41,236 nucleotides of DNA from Rhodospirillaceae bacterium (GTDB lineage Bacteria > Pseudomonadota > Alphaproteobacteria > Rhodospirillales > UBA2165): assembly GCA_018649245.1 (NCBI GenBank), contig JABIIH010000286.1, positions 1-41,236 on the forward strand, read 5' to 3'. The translations under genes were made by a program, and so were the position numbers. This document shows positions 24,144 to 34,030 of this stretch, piece by piece. The notes beneath the pieces are model-generated. The model saw nothing but the letters and a program-made list of their open reading frames with translations. It made no database searches and had not been told where the DNA came from. Each line of letters starts with the position of its first letter. Within the stretch, counting starts at the first letter, position 1.

Positions 24144-26150
24144 ATGTGTGGAATTGCAGGTATTTTAAGAACTGCCGGTGAACAGCCCGTAGACCGTTCC
24201 ATTTTGGCGGCGATGAACCAATCGATGGTGCATCGTGGCCCGGATGGTGAAGGCATTTGGCTGTCACCGGATCAACAGGTCGGTCTTGGCCATCGCCGCC
24301 TTTCGATTATTGATTTGTCGAATGATGCCGGCCAACCGATGGCAAATTCAGATGGCTCTATCATCGTTACTTTCAATGGCGAGATTTATAACCACGTGGC
24401 GCTGCGCCAAGAACTGCAGGCGGCGGGTTATCAGTTTGCCACCGATCACTCAGATACCGAAGTGCTGGTCCATGGCTTTCAAGCCTGGGGGATTGCCGGC
24501 TTGCTGCCGCGTCTCGAGGGCATGTTCGCCTTTGCCGTTTGGGAGGAAGCTAAGAAAAAACTGACAATTGCCCGGGACCGGGTCGGCATTAAACCGGTTT
24601 ACTTCACCAAACGCGATGGCTGGTTTTTGTTCGCTTCGGAAATAAAAGCTCTGCTGTGTCATCCCGCCGTGCCCAGGCGCGTGGGCAAGCTGGCGCTCTA
24701 TCATTATTTAACTTACCTGACGACGCCGGCCCCGCTGACGATGTTTGACGGTGTCTATAAATTACCGGCCTCAACTTATATGGAAATCGATCAAACTGGG
24801 CAGATTAGGTCTGAACGTTACTGGGATGCAGTACCGGGAAAAAGCGGCATCGAGGGTGAGCTATCGGGCTTGAGCGAAAGGGCGCAAGAGGACTTCTTTA
24901 TTGAAGGCGTTCGCAATCGTCTCAATGATGCGGTCGAAAAACGTATGATGTCGGATGTGCCTTATGGTGCCTTTCTATCTGGTGGTATAGACTCATCGGT
25001 CAATGTCGCGCTGATGGATCGCTTCACCGATGAACCCGTAAATACTTTTACGGTCGGATTCAAAGATCACGAACATCTTAATGAGCTCGATTACGCGACC
25101 AAAGTCGCCAAGCTGTTCAACACCAATCATCACGAAGTGCTGGTCGGTGAGGACGATATGGTCGGTTATCTCGATGATCTTATTCATTACCAGGATGAGC
25201 CGCTGGCCGATTGGGTCTGCATCCCGCTGCATTTTGTCTCCAAGCTGGCTGCGGAAGCGGGTGTCAAAGTCATTCAAGTCGGAGAGGGCTCAGACGAGCA
25301 ATTTTGCGGCTATAACAGCTACATGATGTATCTCAAATTACATCAACACTGCTACGGACCGTTTCAAAAGTTCCTGCCGAAACCGTTGCAGCGCGCGGCG
25401 GCTGGGGCTGCGCAGGGGATCGCTCGTCTCAAGCCGAGCTTTGGTCTCTATGCCGATGCGGTCGAGCGCGCCGCCGAAGACCAGGAAGCTTTTTGGAGTG
25501 GCGCCATTGCATTTTGGGAATCGCAAAAGAAAGATATCCTGCCGGCGATGGGCGTAGAACTGCCGCATGGTGCTCAGGAGATGGTCGAGGCCGGTCTCTT
25601 AGCAGATGATATATTGGTGCCGGATAGTTTCGCTGTAGCCAACGACACATTGTCTGAATTTGATCGTGCTCATCCCGGACGGGATCAGCTAACACGAATG
25701 ATCCACAATGAATTTCGGCTGCGCCTGCCAGAATTGTTACTGATGCGGGTCGATAAAATTACCATGGCGCAATCACTAGAGGCACGCGTGCCGTTTTTGG
25801 ATCATGCCCTGGCCGAATTCACCATGGATATGCCGCAAAGTGCCAAGATTAAAAATGGCGTGGCCAAACACATACTTAAAAAATCCGTTGAGGGGATCAT
25901 TCCGGACGATGTGATCTATCGTAAAAAAATGGGCTTCAATGCGCCAATGGCGGAATGGCTGCGGGGTGATTTTGGCAGTAAGGCCGAGGCGGGAATTATG
26001 AACTCACCATTATTGGATCAAATCGGCTTTGACCGCGAGCAGGTTGCTGGTCTTATTTCCGATCATCGCCAAGGCCGCCGCGATACCTCATTGATGGTTT
26101 GGGTGCTCTATAATCTGACCGCCTGGCACTCCCATTGGATCGAAGTTTAG
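24144..26150 (+). CDS. Asparagine synthase-family glutamine amidotransferase (AsnB-like, glycan-locus type)
   Basis: 668 aa. Ntn nucleophile MCGIAGI. PP-loop FLSGGIDSS. Longer than housekeeping AsnB (about 550 aa). Confidence 0.9.
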   Translation: MCGIAGILRTAGEQPVDRSILAAMNQSMVHRGPDGEGIWLSPDQQVGLGHRRLSIIDLSNDAGQPMANSDGSIIVTFNGEIYNHVALRQELQAAGYQFATDHSDTEVLVHGFQAWGIAGLLPRLEGMFAFAVWEEAKKKLTIARDRVGIKPVYFTKRDGWFLFASEIKALLCHPAVPRRVGKLALYHYLTYLTTPAPLTMFDGVYKLPASTYMEIDQTGQIRSERYWDAVPGKSGIEGELSGLSERAQEDFFIEGVRNRLNDAVEKRMMSDVPYGAFLSGGIDSSVNVALMDRFTDEPVNTFTVGFKDHEHLNELDYATKVAKLFNTNHHEVLVGEDDMVGYLDDLIHYQDEPLADWVCIPLHFVSKLAAEAGVKVIQVGEGSDEQFCGYNSYMMYLKLHQHCYGPFQKFLPKPLQRAAAGAAQGIARLKPSFGLYADAVERAAEDQEAFWSGAIAFWESQKKDILPAMGVELPHGAQEMVEAGLLADDILVPDSFAVANDTLSEFDRAHPGRDQLTRMIHNEFRLRLPELLLMRVDKITMAQSLEARVPFLDHALAEFTMDMPQSAKIKNGVAKHILKKSVEGIIPDDVIYRKKMGFNAPMAEWLRGDFGSKAEAGIMNSPLLDQIGFDREQVAGLISDHRQGRRDTSLMVWVLYNLTAWHSHWIEV

Positions 26151-27412
26151 ACATTTCGTCTGCTGGTCACCAAAGTCAGGCCGAGACATAAAAATTGCGT
26201 GGCGATCCACCAGCTTTGCCAAGCGCCAAAGCTGATGAAATTAAAAGCTAAGATCGAGATAACGACGCCAAATATAACCGGATCGGTATGCATGTTCTCC
26301 AGTTTTCTAATAAACAACCAGCCAAAGACAGCGACGATTAGAGCCCCCACCGCGCCGAGCTCGAGCCAAATTTGGAGAGCTGCATTGTGCGGATGGAGCG
26401 GCATATAAGACTCTCTAAAAAGGACAATATTTTTGCCGGTTGGTGTGACTACTTTTAGCGTATATTTTTCGCCGCTGTCAGGAATCTTTCGTGCCATATT
26501 CATGCCCCAGCCGAAGAATGGTTTTTCAAAGATGTGCTGAGCAGCAAATTGCCAAATTATGAGGCGGCTGGTAGCGGAATTCGGCAACTTCAAATCGTAT
26601 GAAAATTGGCCAATTTCTTGAACATTTTTCCCCGCCGTGACTTGGTGGACCAAGAACGGCGCTCCAAGGAGTAAGATTACGAACATGCTGCCAACAATCA
26701 AGCTGGCTAGTTTGCGGCGAGAACTGGCGAGGCCAATACCGATCCCGCCAGCAATTATGGCAACAAGCGCGGTTGTGGAGGAAAAACGAAAAACCAAATA
26801 TATTGTCAGAACTAAAAATAAGGCTGCTCCAAGAAAATGTCGCTGCCGCGTTAATGCCGACAATATTGGCCACATCAGGATTGTTAAAATAACAACGCCA
26901 TTTCTCAAAAAAGCTTCGATGTTAATACCGCCCGTTTGAGGATTAATTACTTCGTACCAAGGCAGACCGCGGCCAGTACGGGTAAGCCAGGCGCCGGTGA
27001 CAGATTCAAATAAAAGCAAGGCAATGGTTATTGCAGCGCCCCAGATCAGTAATTTTTCTGTTATGGCGCGGGCTGAATGGGGGATATAATTTATTTCCCT
27101 TAGGACAAATACACCCAAGCCAAAAAGCGCTGTAAGTGGCAGGATCAGTTTGCTGCTGGTGCCAAAGTCAAAACTCCACAGCGAACTGGCAGCCGCCCAC
27201 AGCAGCAAGAATAGAAAAGCTATCGCTGGCAGCTTCGGTAACGAAAAACTGCGGTTTTTATCGGCGACATTCAACGCTATTAGAGCCAATGCTAACAAAA
27301 TAAATAACGGCGCCATCGCTTTGGACGAGAATATGGCTATTGGCAGGATCAGCAATGCTGTTAAACAGACTGCAAATTTCCGCCAACCGTTTTTGTTCTG
27401 CCAATTAAGCAT
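26147..27412 (-). CDS. O-antigen ligase / polymerase-like membrane protein (Wzy_C-type)
   Basis: 421 aa, at least 10 TM helices. Periplasmic-loop motif PLHPHNAALQIWLELGAVGALIV is typical of WaaL/Wzy-like proteins. Confidence 0.8.
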   Translation of the reverse strand: MLNWQNKNGWRKFAVCLTALLILPIAIFSSKAMAPLFILLALALIALNVADKNRSFSLPKLPAIAFLFLLLWAAASSLWSFDFGTSSKLILPLTALFGLGVFVLREINYIPHSARAITEKLLIWGAAITIALLLFESVTGAWLTRTGRGLPWYEVINPQTGGINIEAFLRNGVVILTILMWPILSALTRQRHFLGAALFLVLTIYLVFRFSSTTALVAIIAGGIGIGLASSRRKLASLIVGSMFVILLLGAPFLVHQVTAGKNVQEIGQFSYDLKLPNSATSRLIIWQFAAQHIFEKPFFGWGMNMARKIPDSGEKYTLKVVTPTGKNIVLFRESYMPLHPHNAALQIWLELGAVGALIVAVFGWLFIRKLENMHTDPVIFGVVISILAFNFISFGAWQSWWIATQFLCLGLTLVTSRRNV

Positions 27413-28643
27413 TAGCTGAATCGTTTTGTTTATTCGCCACGTTCAAGAATATTTCTTCTAATTTTTTTGCCTGTGATTCCCACGTGAGCGCTTTTAATCC
27501 ACCATCTTCTTGGATATTGATTAGACCGATGTTTAAACTTTGATCAAGTGCCTCGGAGACTTGCTCCGGACTATCGCAAGAGAATAAGGGAACGCTTGTT
27601 GATTGTGATATTTCAACTGCTTCTTCAGTTTCCTCGGGATAACAAATCAGAGGCCGACCAGCCGACAGCATTTCAATGGTTTTATGATGAAAGGTGAGAT
27701 TGCTTTTAATGTATAAATTGGCAATAGCACGGCGATGAATGTGTCTTAATTCTTCAAGCGGGATAAAGCCTTTTATATCGATCCGGCAAATTGTAGATAA
27801 GTCCATAGTTGCGGCAGCAACTGCATCCGAATCCTGTCCGGCATATATGAAACAAGCGTTCGCTCGTTTTTTTTCCGGTAATCCTATGAGCCAGGATTTA
27901 ACTCCCTGAATTAATTGCGTCAATGCCTGTTGATCATAAATGGCCCCAGTGAGGCTGATGGTCATTTCATCTGGATTTAGTGGTGTTGATGGTGCCGCCT
28001 GATCGGTCGAGAATCCGCTATAGACAACAGATGCCTCTCTGCCAAAGTACTTTTGTATATCGGCGACATGAAACTTGGAAAAAGCCGTCATGGCAGCGCT
28101 ATCACCATAATATTTGGCGAGATAATTTCGAAATATTGTTGGGATGAAATTTTGCCAAGGGTCTTTGGCATCGGCTATCCATGGGCAAATTGCCGCTTGG
28201 GCCAGATCGCGAGCAATATTCCAGCAATCGGTATTGCCAAAAGTTGCCCAAACCAAATCCGGATTAAAATGGTCGACGATAGAGGAATAATACAGCTGAC
28301 TACCGGCTCGCCAATCAGTAAAAACACCTTGGTGTCGGAGATAATACCAGACGACCACTAACTGCCTCAGGCCCCACGGCAAAGTTCGGGCGCGCAGACT
28401 TTTTATTAACGGATGACCTTTTGGCTCACTCGCCAAATTTAGCGGTGTGCTGAAATCGTGATCTTGTATGGCTCGGGCTGCTTGGTCTGGGGTTATATCC
28501 GTCGGCTGGCCCGCCAAAGTTTCGGTAAGTAAGATCACTTCATGTCCGAGCTTCGAAAGCACCTTACTATATTCCCGCATTCGAGTGGCGCAGACATGCG
28601 GTGTCTCTGGATGACAGTGATTGACTAAAACCACGCGCATCAA
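27405..28643 (-). CDS. Putative GT-B fold glycosyltransferase (divergent)
   Basis: 412 aa. N-terminal VVLVNHCHPE...LGHEVILLTE resembles GT4 N-domains. No canonical EX7E motif. Overlaps both neighbours (4 nt and 8 nt), implying an operon. Confidence 0.6.
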   Translation of the reverse strand: MMRVVLVNHCHPETPHVCATRMREYSKVLSKLGHEVILLTETLAGQPTDITPDQAARAIQDHDFSTPLNLASEPKGHPLIKSLRARTLPWGLRQLVVVWYYLRHQGVFTDWRAGSQLYYSSIVDHFNPDLVWATFGNTDCWNIARDLAQAAICPWIADAKDPWQNFIPTIFRNYLAKYYGDSAAMTAFSKFHVADIQKYFGREASVVYSGFSTDQAAPSTPLNPDEMTISLTGAIYDQQALTQLIQGVKSWLIGLPEKKRANACFIYAGQDSDAVAAATMDLSTICRIDIKGFIPLEELRHIHRRAIANLYIKSNLTFHHKTIEMLSAGRPLICYPEETEEAVEISQSTSVPLFSCDSPEQVSEALDQSLNIGLINIQEDGGLKALTWESQAKKLEEIFLNVANKQNDSANA

Positions 28644-30544
28644 GTCGTCCCTTCAAAGATTGCAATTTTCTTTGCTGAATTAATACGATCAAGAAAATGA
28701 GTGCGCCAAGCTTCTTCGATGACTGGCCGCCATAACATACTGGCAAGATGCGTCTCTCCGGCGTGAAATCTGTTCAGCGCCGACAGCCACCAATTTTTGC
28801 GCCAAATGCCAGATTGCTCAAACGTTGAACTGGTGATGATTTCACGCACATGATCACCCAATGACTTCTTAAACCAATCAGCTTGGGGCGGTAAAAATCC
28901 TTGCTTGTTCCAGCGCGTTCTAACTGGTTCGGGCAATATACCTTTCATTGCTCCTCGCAGCAGGCGCTTGGTTTCTGCTCCGCCCATCAAATATTCCGGC
29001 GGCAGAGAAAACGTAAACTCGGCCAGGCGATGGTCACAAAACGGCAGGCGAACTTCGCGCGAATGAGCCATCGAATTACGGTCACCGTAGCGCATGAGCA
29101 CCGGTAAATGGGTGTAGAGCATTTCCTGATACAAAGCGCCGGCTAAGGGGTGAAAGGTGCTCGCTCCGCGGGGTGGTGGCGGCAGGTTTGCGAACAGTTT
29201 GGTTGCATGTGATTTAGTCAGACCAAAGGAAAAGTCGCTGCCCCGACCAGTTAAGCCAGCCAAAAAATGACGTAGGCCATGGGGTAATTGGCTTTTTGCG
29301 GTTTGAGACCTTGTCAGCAGACCGAGCGGATAACGTTCCTCAATTTTATCGCGTTCACTACTTGTATTCGTCACTAGGCTAGCGAGATATTTTTCAAAAT
29401 ACTGCTCGTACCCGCCTAACAGCTCATCGCCGCCCTGGCCGTCGAGTAATACCGTGATGCCAGCTTCCTTGGCGAGACGAAAGACGCACCATTGGGCATA
29501 TTGGCTGGAACTGCCAACCGGGAGTTCGTTGTGCCACATGAAATCAGCGAGCTCTGACTGGAAATTATCGACACTTGGTTCGGTGATGTGGGACGTTACC
29601 TGGGTGAGACTGATGATTTTTTCCGCCCACGGCCATTCATCGGCCTCTGAATTGGGAAAACGTCCGGTAAACACATCGTAAGCTTCATCGTTGCCCCGAA
29701 GCTCTCGGGCGATGCAGACAATGGAGCTTGAATCCAAACCACCTGATAGGCAGGAACCCAAGGGCACATCGCTGCGCATACGCAATTTAATCGCATCTTC
29801 AAAGAGTTCGCGGAAATGAATTTGCGCGTCCTGTTCGCTCATTGTGGTGAAATTGTTATCAGGTTCAATATCCCAATAACGTTGGATCTGATAATCTAAG
29901 CTATTGCAATCTAGAGTTAGACTGTGGCCTGGAGGCAATTGTTTAATATCGTTGAAAACGGTCTGAATATCGTCATCCAGACCCCGTGTCGGATGATAAA
30001 GAAAGCGTAATATGCGGTCCTGATCATAAGCACTATCAATATTATTCAAGGCCAATAAGGCCTTATATTCTGAAGCAAAGGCAAAACATTCGTCGCTGCT
30101 ATGAAATAAAAAAGGCTTCTCGCCAAATCTATCGCGGGCGCAAAAAAGACGGTGTTGATTGGCGTCATAAATAGCAAAGGCAAACATACCGTTTAATTTG
30201 CCTAAGGCTTCGTCACCCCAAGTTTGATAGGCTTTGAGCAACACTTCGGTATCTGAAGAAGTCTCGAGTTCAACACCTGCCGCCTTTAGTTCAGCGCCGA
30301 TTTCAAGGTAATTATATATTTCACCGTTAAAGGTGATGACGTGAGAATCGATTTCCATCGGCTGATGACCGGCGCTGCTGGTGTCAATAATTGAAAGCCG
30401 TTGATGGCCGAAGACAATATTTCCCTCAGTTGATTTCCATACACCTGAATCATCCGGTCCGCGGTGCTCTTGTAATAAGTTCATATGCTCAACTGCATCA
30501 GAGTTGACGCGTCGATTACCTATGATTCCCGCTATGCCACACAT
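28640..30544 (-). CDS. Asparagine synthase-family glutamine amidotransferase (second AsnB-like paralogue)
   Basis: 634 aa. MCGIAGIIG N-terminus. PP-loop CLSGGLDSSS. Confidence 0.9.
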   Translation of the reverse strand: MCGIAGIIGNRRVNSDAVEHMNLLQEHRGPDDSGVWKSTEGNIVFGHQRLSIIDTSSAGHQPMEIDSHVITFNGEIYNYLEIGAELKAAGVELETSSDTEVLLKAYQTWGDEALGKLNGMFAFAIYDANQHRLFCARDRFGEKPFLFHSSDECFAFASEYKALLALNNIDSAYDQDRILRFLYHPTRGLDDDIQTVFNDIKQLPPGHSLTLDCNSLDYQIQRYWDIEPDNNFTTMSEQDAQIHFRELFEDAIKLRMRSDVPLGSCLSGGLDSSSIVCIARELRGNDEAYDVFTGRFPNSEADEWPWAEKIISLTQVTSHITEPSVDNFQSELADFMWHNELPVGSSSQYAQWCVFRLAKEAGITVLLDGQGGDELLGGYEQYFEKYLASLVTNTSSERDKIEERYPLGLLTRSQTAKSQLPHGLRHFLAGLTGRGSDFSFGLTKSHATKLFANLPPPPRGASTFHPLAGALYQEMLYTHLPVLMRYGDRNSMAHSREVRLPFCDHRLAEFTFSLPPEYLMGGAETKRLLRGAMKGILPEPVRTRWNKQGFLPPQADWFKKSLGDHVREIITSSTFEQSGIWRKNWWLSALNRFHAGETHLASMLWRPVIEEAWRTHFLDRINSAKKIAIFEGTT

Positions 30545-30587
30545 ATAATTTCATTTCTTAGGATCACGTTATTTGGCTTTTCTCTTT

Positions 30588-31658
30588 TTAAATCAATAAT
30601 TTCCGACAGGCCTCGATCACCTCATCATGTTTGATCGAAAGGATAGACGAACCAGCGGTCCGAAACCCAGCTTTGTTGCTTACACTATCTGCCATTTCCC
30701 AGGGATAAAATATATGATGATTGTCACCATGTGGAAACCACGCTCCTGGTTTCGCTCGAGCACTAAAAAGTGCGATGCAGGGAACTTCCATCAAAGCTGC
30801 TAAATGCATGGGGCCGCTGTCATGACCCAAATAAAAAATCGCCTGCTTCATCGCCAGAGCACTGAGACGTGGTTTGGTCTTGCCGCACAAATTTAATACC
30901 GGGCCGCGCCAATTTTGAGCAAGCGCAGCACTACGCACGCTTTCATCCTCGGCACCGATGAGTAAAAGACCTAGAGATGGATTTGCGGCTGACAATTTCT
31001 CTAAAACGAAACTCCAATTTGCGTCGCCCCAATCTTTATCTGGAAGCTTGCCGCCGATGCTAAAGGTGATAAATGGATTTCCGGTGATTTTATCTGTAAT
31101 AATTTGTTCGGCTTGATTTTGTTCTTCGTCGCTGAAATTGATCTCTAACTTTGCTGGCCAGGGTAATCCAACTGCACGCAATAGCCGTTCGCTTTCTGAT
31201 TCCCAAATATTGTCAGATTTGGGCTGATATTCACGTAACGATTGGGCAAAAGGCATGGCTTCGATATTTTTTATGCCGCAAGCTTTAAAAAATAAATACT
31301 CCTTCAGCAGGGAAATTATAGACGAAGGTTCTGACAAATAGATCAACTTGTCGGGAGACCATGACTTTATCGCAGATCGAACTTGACGCATCGACGAAAT
31401 GCCACCACCGCCCGGCGGCAGAGAAAAATATTCAGAAATCAAGTCAGCGCGGCCTAAAACCGCTTCAATATGAGCGGCCCGGCCCATAACCGGCGCATTG
31501 GTTAAAATTGCGAGCTCGGCTTCAGGCGAGCGATCACGAATGGCAGATAGCGCCGGCAGGGATACCACTGCATCGCCGATACTGCCGCGCCGAAAAATTA
31601 ACGTTCTTTGAACCATAAAGTCTATATTTGGTATTGGAGGGAAACTACTATATATCAA
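30588..31658 (-). CDS. Glycosyltransferase family 9 (heptosyltransferase-like)
   Basis: 356 aa. FRRGSIGDAVVSLPAL near the N-terminus and DSGPMHLAALMEVPCIALFS near the C-terminus are GT9 hallmarks. Confidence 0.8.
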   Translation of the reverse strand: MIYSSFPPIPNIDFMVQRTLIFRRGSIGDAVVSLPALSAIRDRSPEAELAILTNAPVMGRAAHIEAVLGRADLISEYFSLPPGGGGISSMRQVRSAIKSWSPDKLIYLSEPSSIISLLKEYLFFKACGIKNIEAMPFAQSLREYQPKSDNIWESESERLLRAVGLPWPAKLEINFSDEEQNQAEQIITDKITGNPFITFSIGGKLPDKDWGDANWSFVLEKLSAANPSLGLLLIGAEDESVRSAALAQNWRGPVLNLCGKTKPRLSALAMKQAIFYLGHDSGPMHLAALMEVPCIALFSARAKPGAWFPHGDNHHIFYPWEMADSVSNKAGFRTAGSSILSIKHDEVIEACRKLLI

Positions 31659-31745
31659 ATTTACTAATTGCTAGCATGGCTTTATTATCACGGCAAATTT
31701 GTAAATCCCAGGGTGGTGGGAAACATTGAGAGACATTAGGACGCG

Positions 31746-32912
31746 ATGAGTCAAAAATTCCTTCAGAGTGACCGCCTCCGGGTATTGGTCAACGGTATTC
31801 ATGCCAAGAGTGGCGGCGGCGTAACCTATTTACGAAATATTTTGCCGTTATTGGCCAATGATCCTGAACTGGAAATTCATCTGTTTTTGCATCGCGATCA
31901 ATTTGAGCTTTTTGGTGTAATAGATGAACGTATTCGAGTTCATCTTTTGAATTTCAATAGTGGTTTTTTTTCCAATCTTTTTTGGGAGCAGTTTGCGCTC
32001 CCAATTTTGGCTAAAATTATGTCGGTGGATGTAACCGTGTCGCCAGCAAATTATGGCCCTTTGGTAGCACCTGCCCAGATAATTATGCTGCGCAATTCCC
32101 TGGCTGTCGCGGGTAAGGAAACACGGCCGATTAAACGCCTCTATTGGGCCGGCTTAACGATAATGACAGCTCTCTCTCTTTTAACCTGTCGTCGTGCCAT
32201 CGCCGTTTCAGATTATGCCCGCAAAGCCCTGACCTTCGGGCTGGGTAAACGTTTTCAGAAAAAGGTCGTCGTTGTGCATCACGGTGTTGGCGAACAATTT
32301 AAAGCTGATGACAGCATCGAACGGCAAAACTTTCTCTTGGCGGTATCTGATATCTATGTTCAAAAAAATCTGCATACCCTCGTTCAGGCTTTGGCTGAAG
32401 TGAGAAAAAAATATCCAGATGTGAAATTAAAGATTGCCGGCAAGGCTATCGATCGAGGATATCTCCAGGAAATTAAGCAGGTTCTTGATTACGCCAAGTT
32501 GACTGATGCGGTTGAATTCTTGGGCGAAAAAGACGTCGGCGAATTACTGGTCTTATATCAAGAATGTAAATTGTTTGTTTTTCCGTCGACGGTTGAAACA
32601 TTCGGCAATCCATTGGTTGAGGCGATGGCTTGCGGGGCGCCTATCGTCTCCTCGAATACGGCTGCAATGCCAGAAGTGTTGGGTGAGGCAGGACGGTATT
32701 TCGACCCGCTAAATGTTCGCGATATGGCTGAGCAAATAATTATTTTACTCGAAGATGATGAGGCCAGATTTGAACTAGGCAAACGGGCCGTTCAGAGGGC
32801 TCATTTGTTTTCACGGGACGCTACTGCGGCGGAAACTGCAGAAGTTATTAAATCGGTTGCTCCTGAACGCTATGCCCAAATTTCTCCCAGTCAGTTACAG
32901 ACGTCATCGTGA
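31746..32912 (+). CDS. Glycosyltransferase family 4
   Basis: 388 aa. EX7E motif in FPSTVETFGNPLVEAMACGAPIV. Confidence 0.85.
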   Translation: MSQKFLQSDRLRVLVNGIHAKSGGGVTYLRNILPLLANDPELEIHLFLHRDQFELFGVIDERIRVHLLNFNSGFFSNLFWEQFALPILAKIMSVDVTVSPANYGPLVAPAQIIMLRNSLAVAGKETRPIKRLYWAGLTIMTALSLLTCRRAIAVSDYARKALTFGLGKRFQKKVVVVHHGVGEQFKADDSIERQNFLLAVSDIYVQKNLHTLVQALAEVRKKYPDVKLKIAGKAIDRGYLQEIKQVLDYAKLTDAVEFLGEKDVGELLVLYQECKLFVFPSTVETFGNPLVEAMACGAPIVSSNTAAMPEVLGEAGRYFDPLNVRDMAEQIIILLEDDEARFELGKRAVQRAHLFSRDATAAETAEVIKSVAPERYAQISPSQLQTSS

Positions 32913-34030
32913 CAATCAAACTTCTTTATTTCGTCAGTCACCCTATTCAGTATCAGGCGCCCCTGTTGCGACGAATTTCTGCAGAACCTGAGATCGATCT
33001 CGAAGTTATTTTTGAATCCGATTTCTCTTCAGAGAGCTATTTTGATCAGGGTTTTGGCGTTGATGTAAAATGGGATATCCCTTTAAGAGAAAGCTATAAT
33101 AGTCATTTGTTGAGCGAAGTCGATATTGATCAGCGTATTAAGAGTGTTGACGCAATTTGGTTCCACGGCTGGCAAAGCCGCATGTTTAAACAACTTCTTA
33201 AGGCGGCAAATAATACTGGCAAACCGATATTGATGCGGGGCGAAAATTGGCTCGGGGCGATGCCCGACGGCACAGGTATCAGGGGCTGGTTGAAACGCCG
33301 GTACCTGAGTAATATTTTCTCCAAATGTGATGCGTTCTTGGCAATCGGCAGCGCCAACCGTCAATATTATTTGGATCACGGCATTCTCCAGGATAAAATC
33401 TTTAATATGCCCTACGCGATTGACAATTCCTTTTTTGCTCAACCCAGCGAGGCCACTTCACCGCTAGAATTTCGACAAGAAATTGGTATTGAGGCGGCGC
33501 AAAAAATTATCCTATTTGCTGGCAAAATGACTGCCAGAAAAAATCCCGATGTTCTACTCTCTGCCTGGAGCCAGGCAGACTGGGTTGATCACGACCGACC
33601 TGCCTTGGTATTTGTCGGCGATGGTGAGCTAAAGCAGCCTCTCATGACAGAAGTTGATCAATTGACAAATCGACAGGATGTTTATTTTACCGGCTTTCGC
33701 AATCAAACGGAATTACCAGCGATTTACAAAGCTGCCGATATATTTGTTTTAAATTCCGAAAAAGAACCCTGGGGATTAGCGATCAATGAAGCAATGGCTT
33801 GTGGCACAGCGGTGATTGCTTCTGATCAATGCGGCGCAGCTTTTGATTTGGTGGACGGAGAAACGGGTGTCGTTGTCAAAGCTGGAGATACAGCTGAGTT
33901 GGTTGTTGCATTAGGCAAGGCTTTAGAGAAATCTGTCGAAATGGGTGAGGCCGCTCAACGTAGAATATCCAGCTGGGATTTTGAGGCTGATTTGGTGGGT
34001 CTTAAGGCTGCATTGGAATTTGTTTTATGA
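32909..34030 (+). CDS. Glycosyltransferase family 4
   Basis: 373 aa. EX7E in SEKEPWGLAINEAMACGTAVI. 4-nt overlap with the upstream gene. Confidence 0.85.
   Translation: MTIKLLYFVSHPIQYQAPLLRRISAEPEIDLEVIFESDFSSESYFDQGFGVDVKWDIPLRESYNSHLLSEVDIDQRIKSVDAIWFHGWQSRMFKQLLKAANNTGKPILMRGENWLGAMPDGTGIRGWLKRRYLSNIFSKCDAFLAIGSANRQYYLDHGILQDKIFNMPYAIDNSFFAQPSEATSPLEFRQEIGIEAAQKIILFAGKMTARKNPDVLLSAWSQADWVDHDRPALVFVGDGELKQPLMTEVDQLTNRQDVYFTGFRNQTELPAIYKAADIFVLNSEKEPWGLAINEAMACGTAVIASDQCGAAFDLVDGETGVVVKAGDTAELVVALGKALEKSVEMGEAAQRRISSWDFEADLVGLKAALEFVL

Noticed and set aside
24144-26150. Interpreting the AsnB-like genes as housekeeping asparagine synthetase B
   Set aside because: Both are 80-110 aa longer than AsnB, occur as a pair and are embedded among glycosyltransferases. 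A glycan-modifying amidotransferase role is more parsimonious, though unproven.
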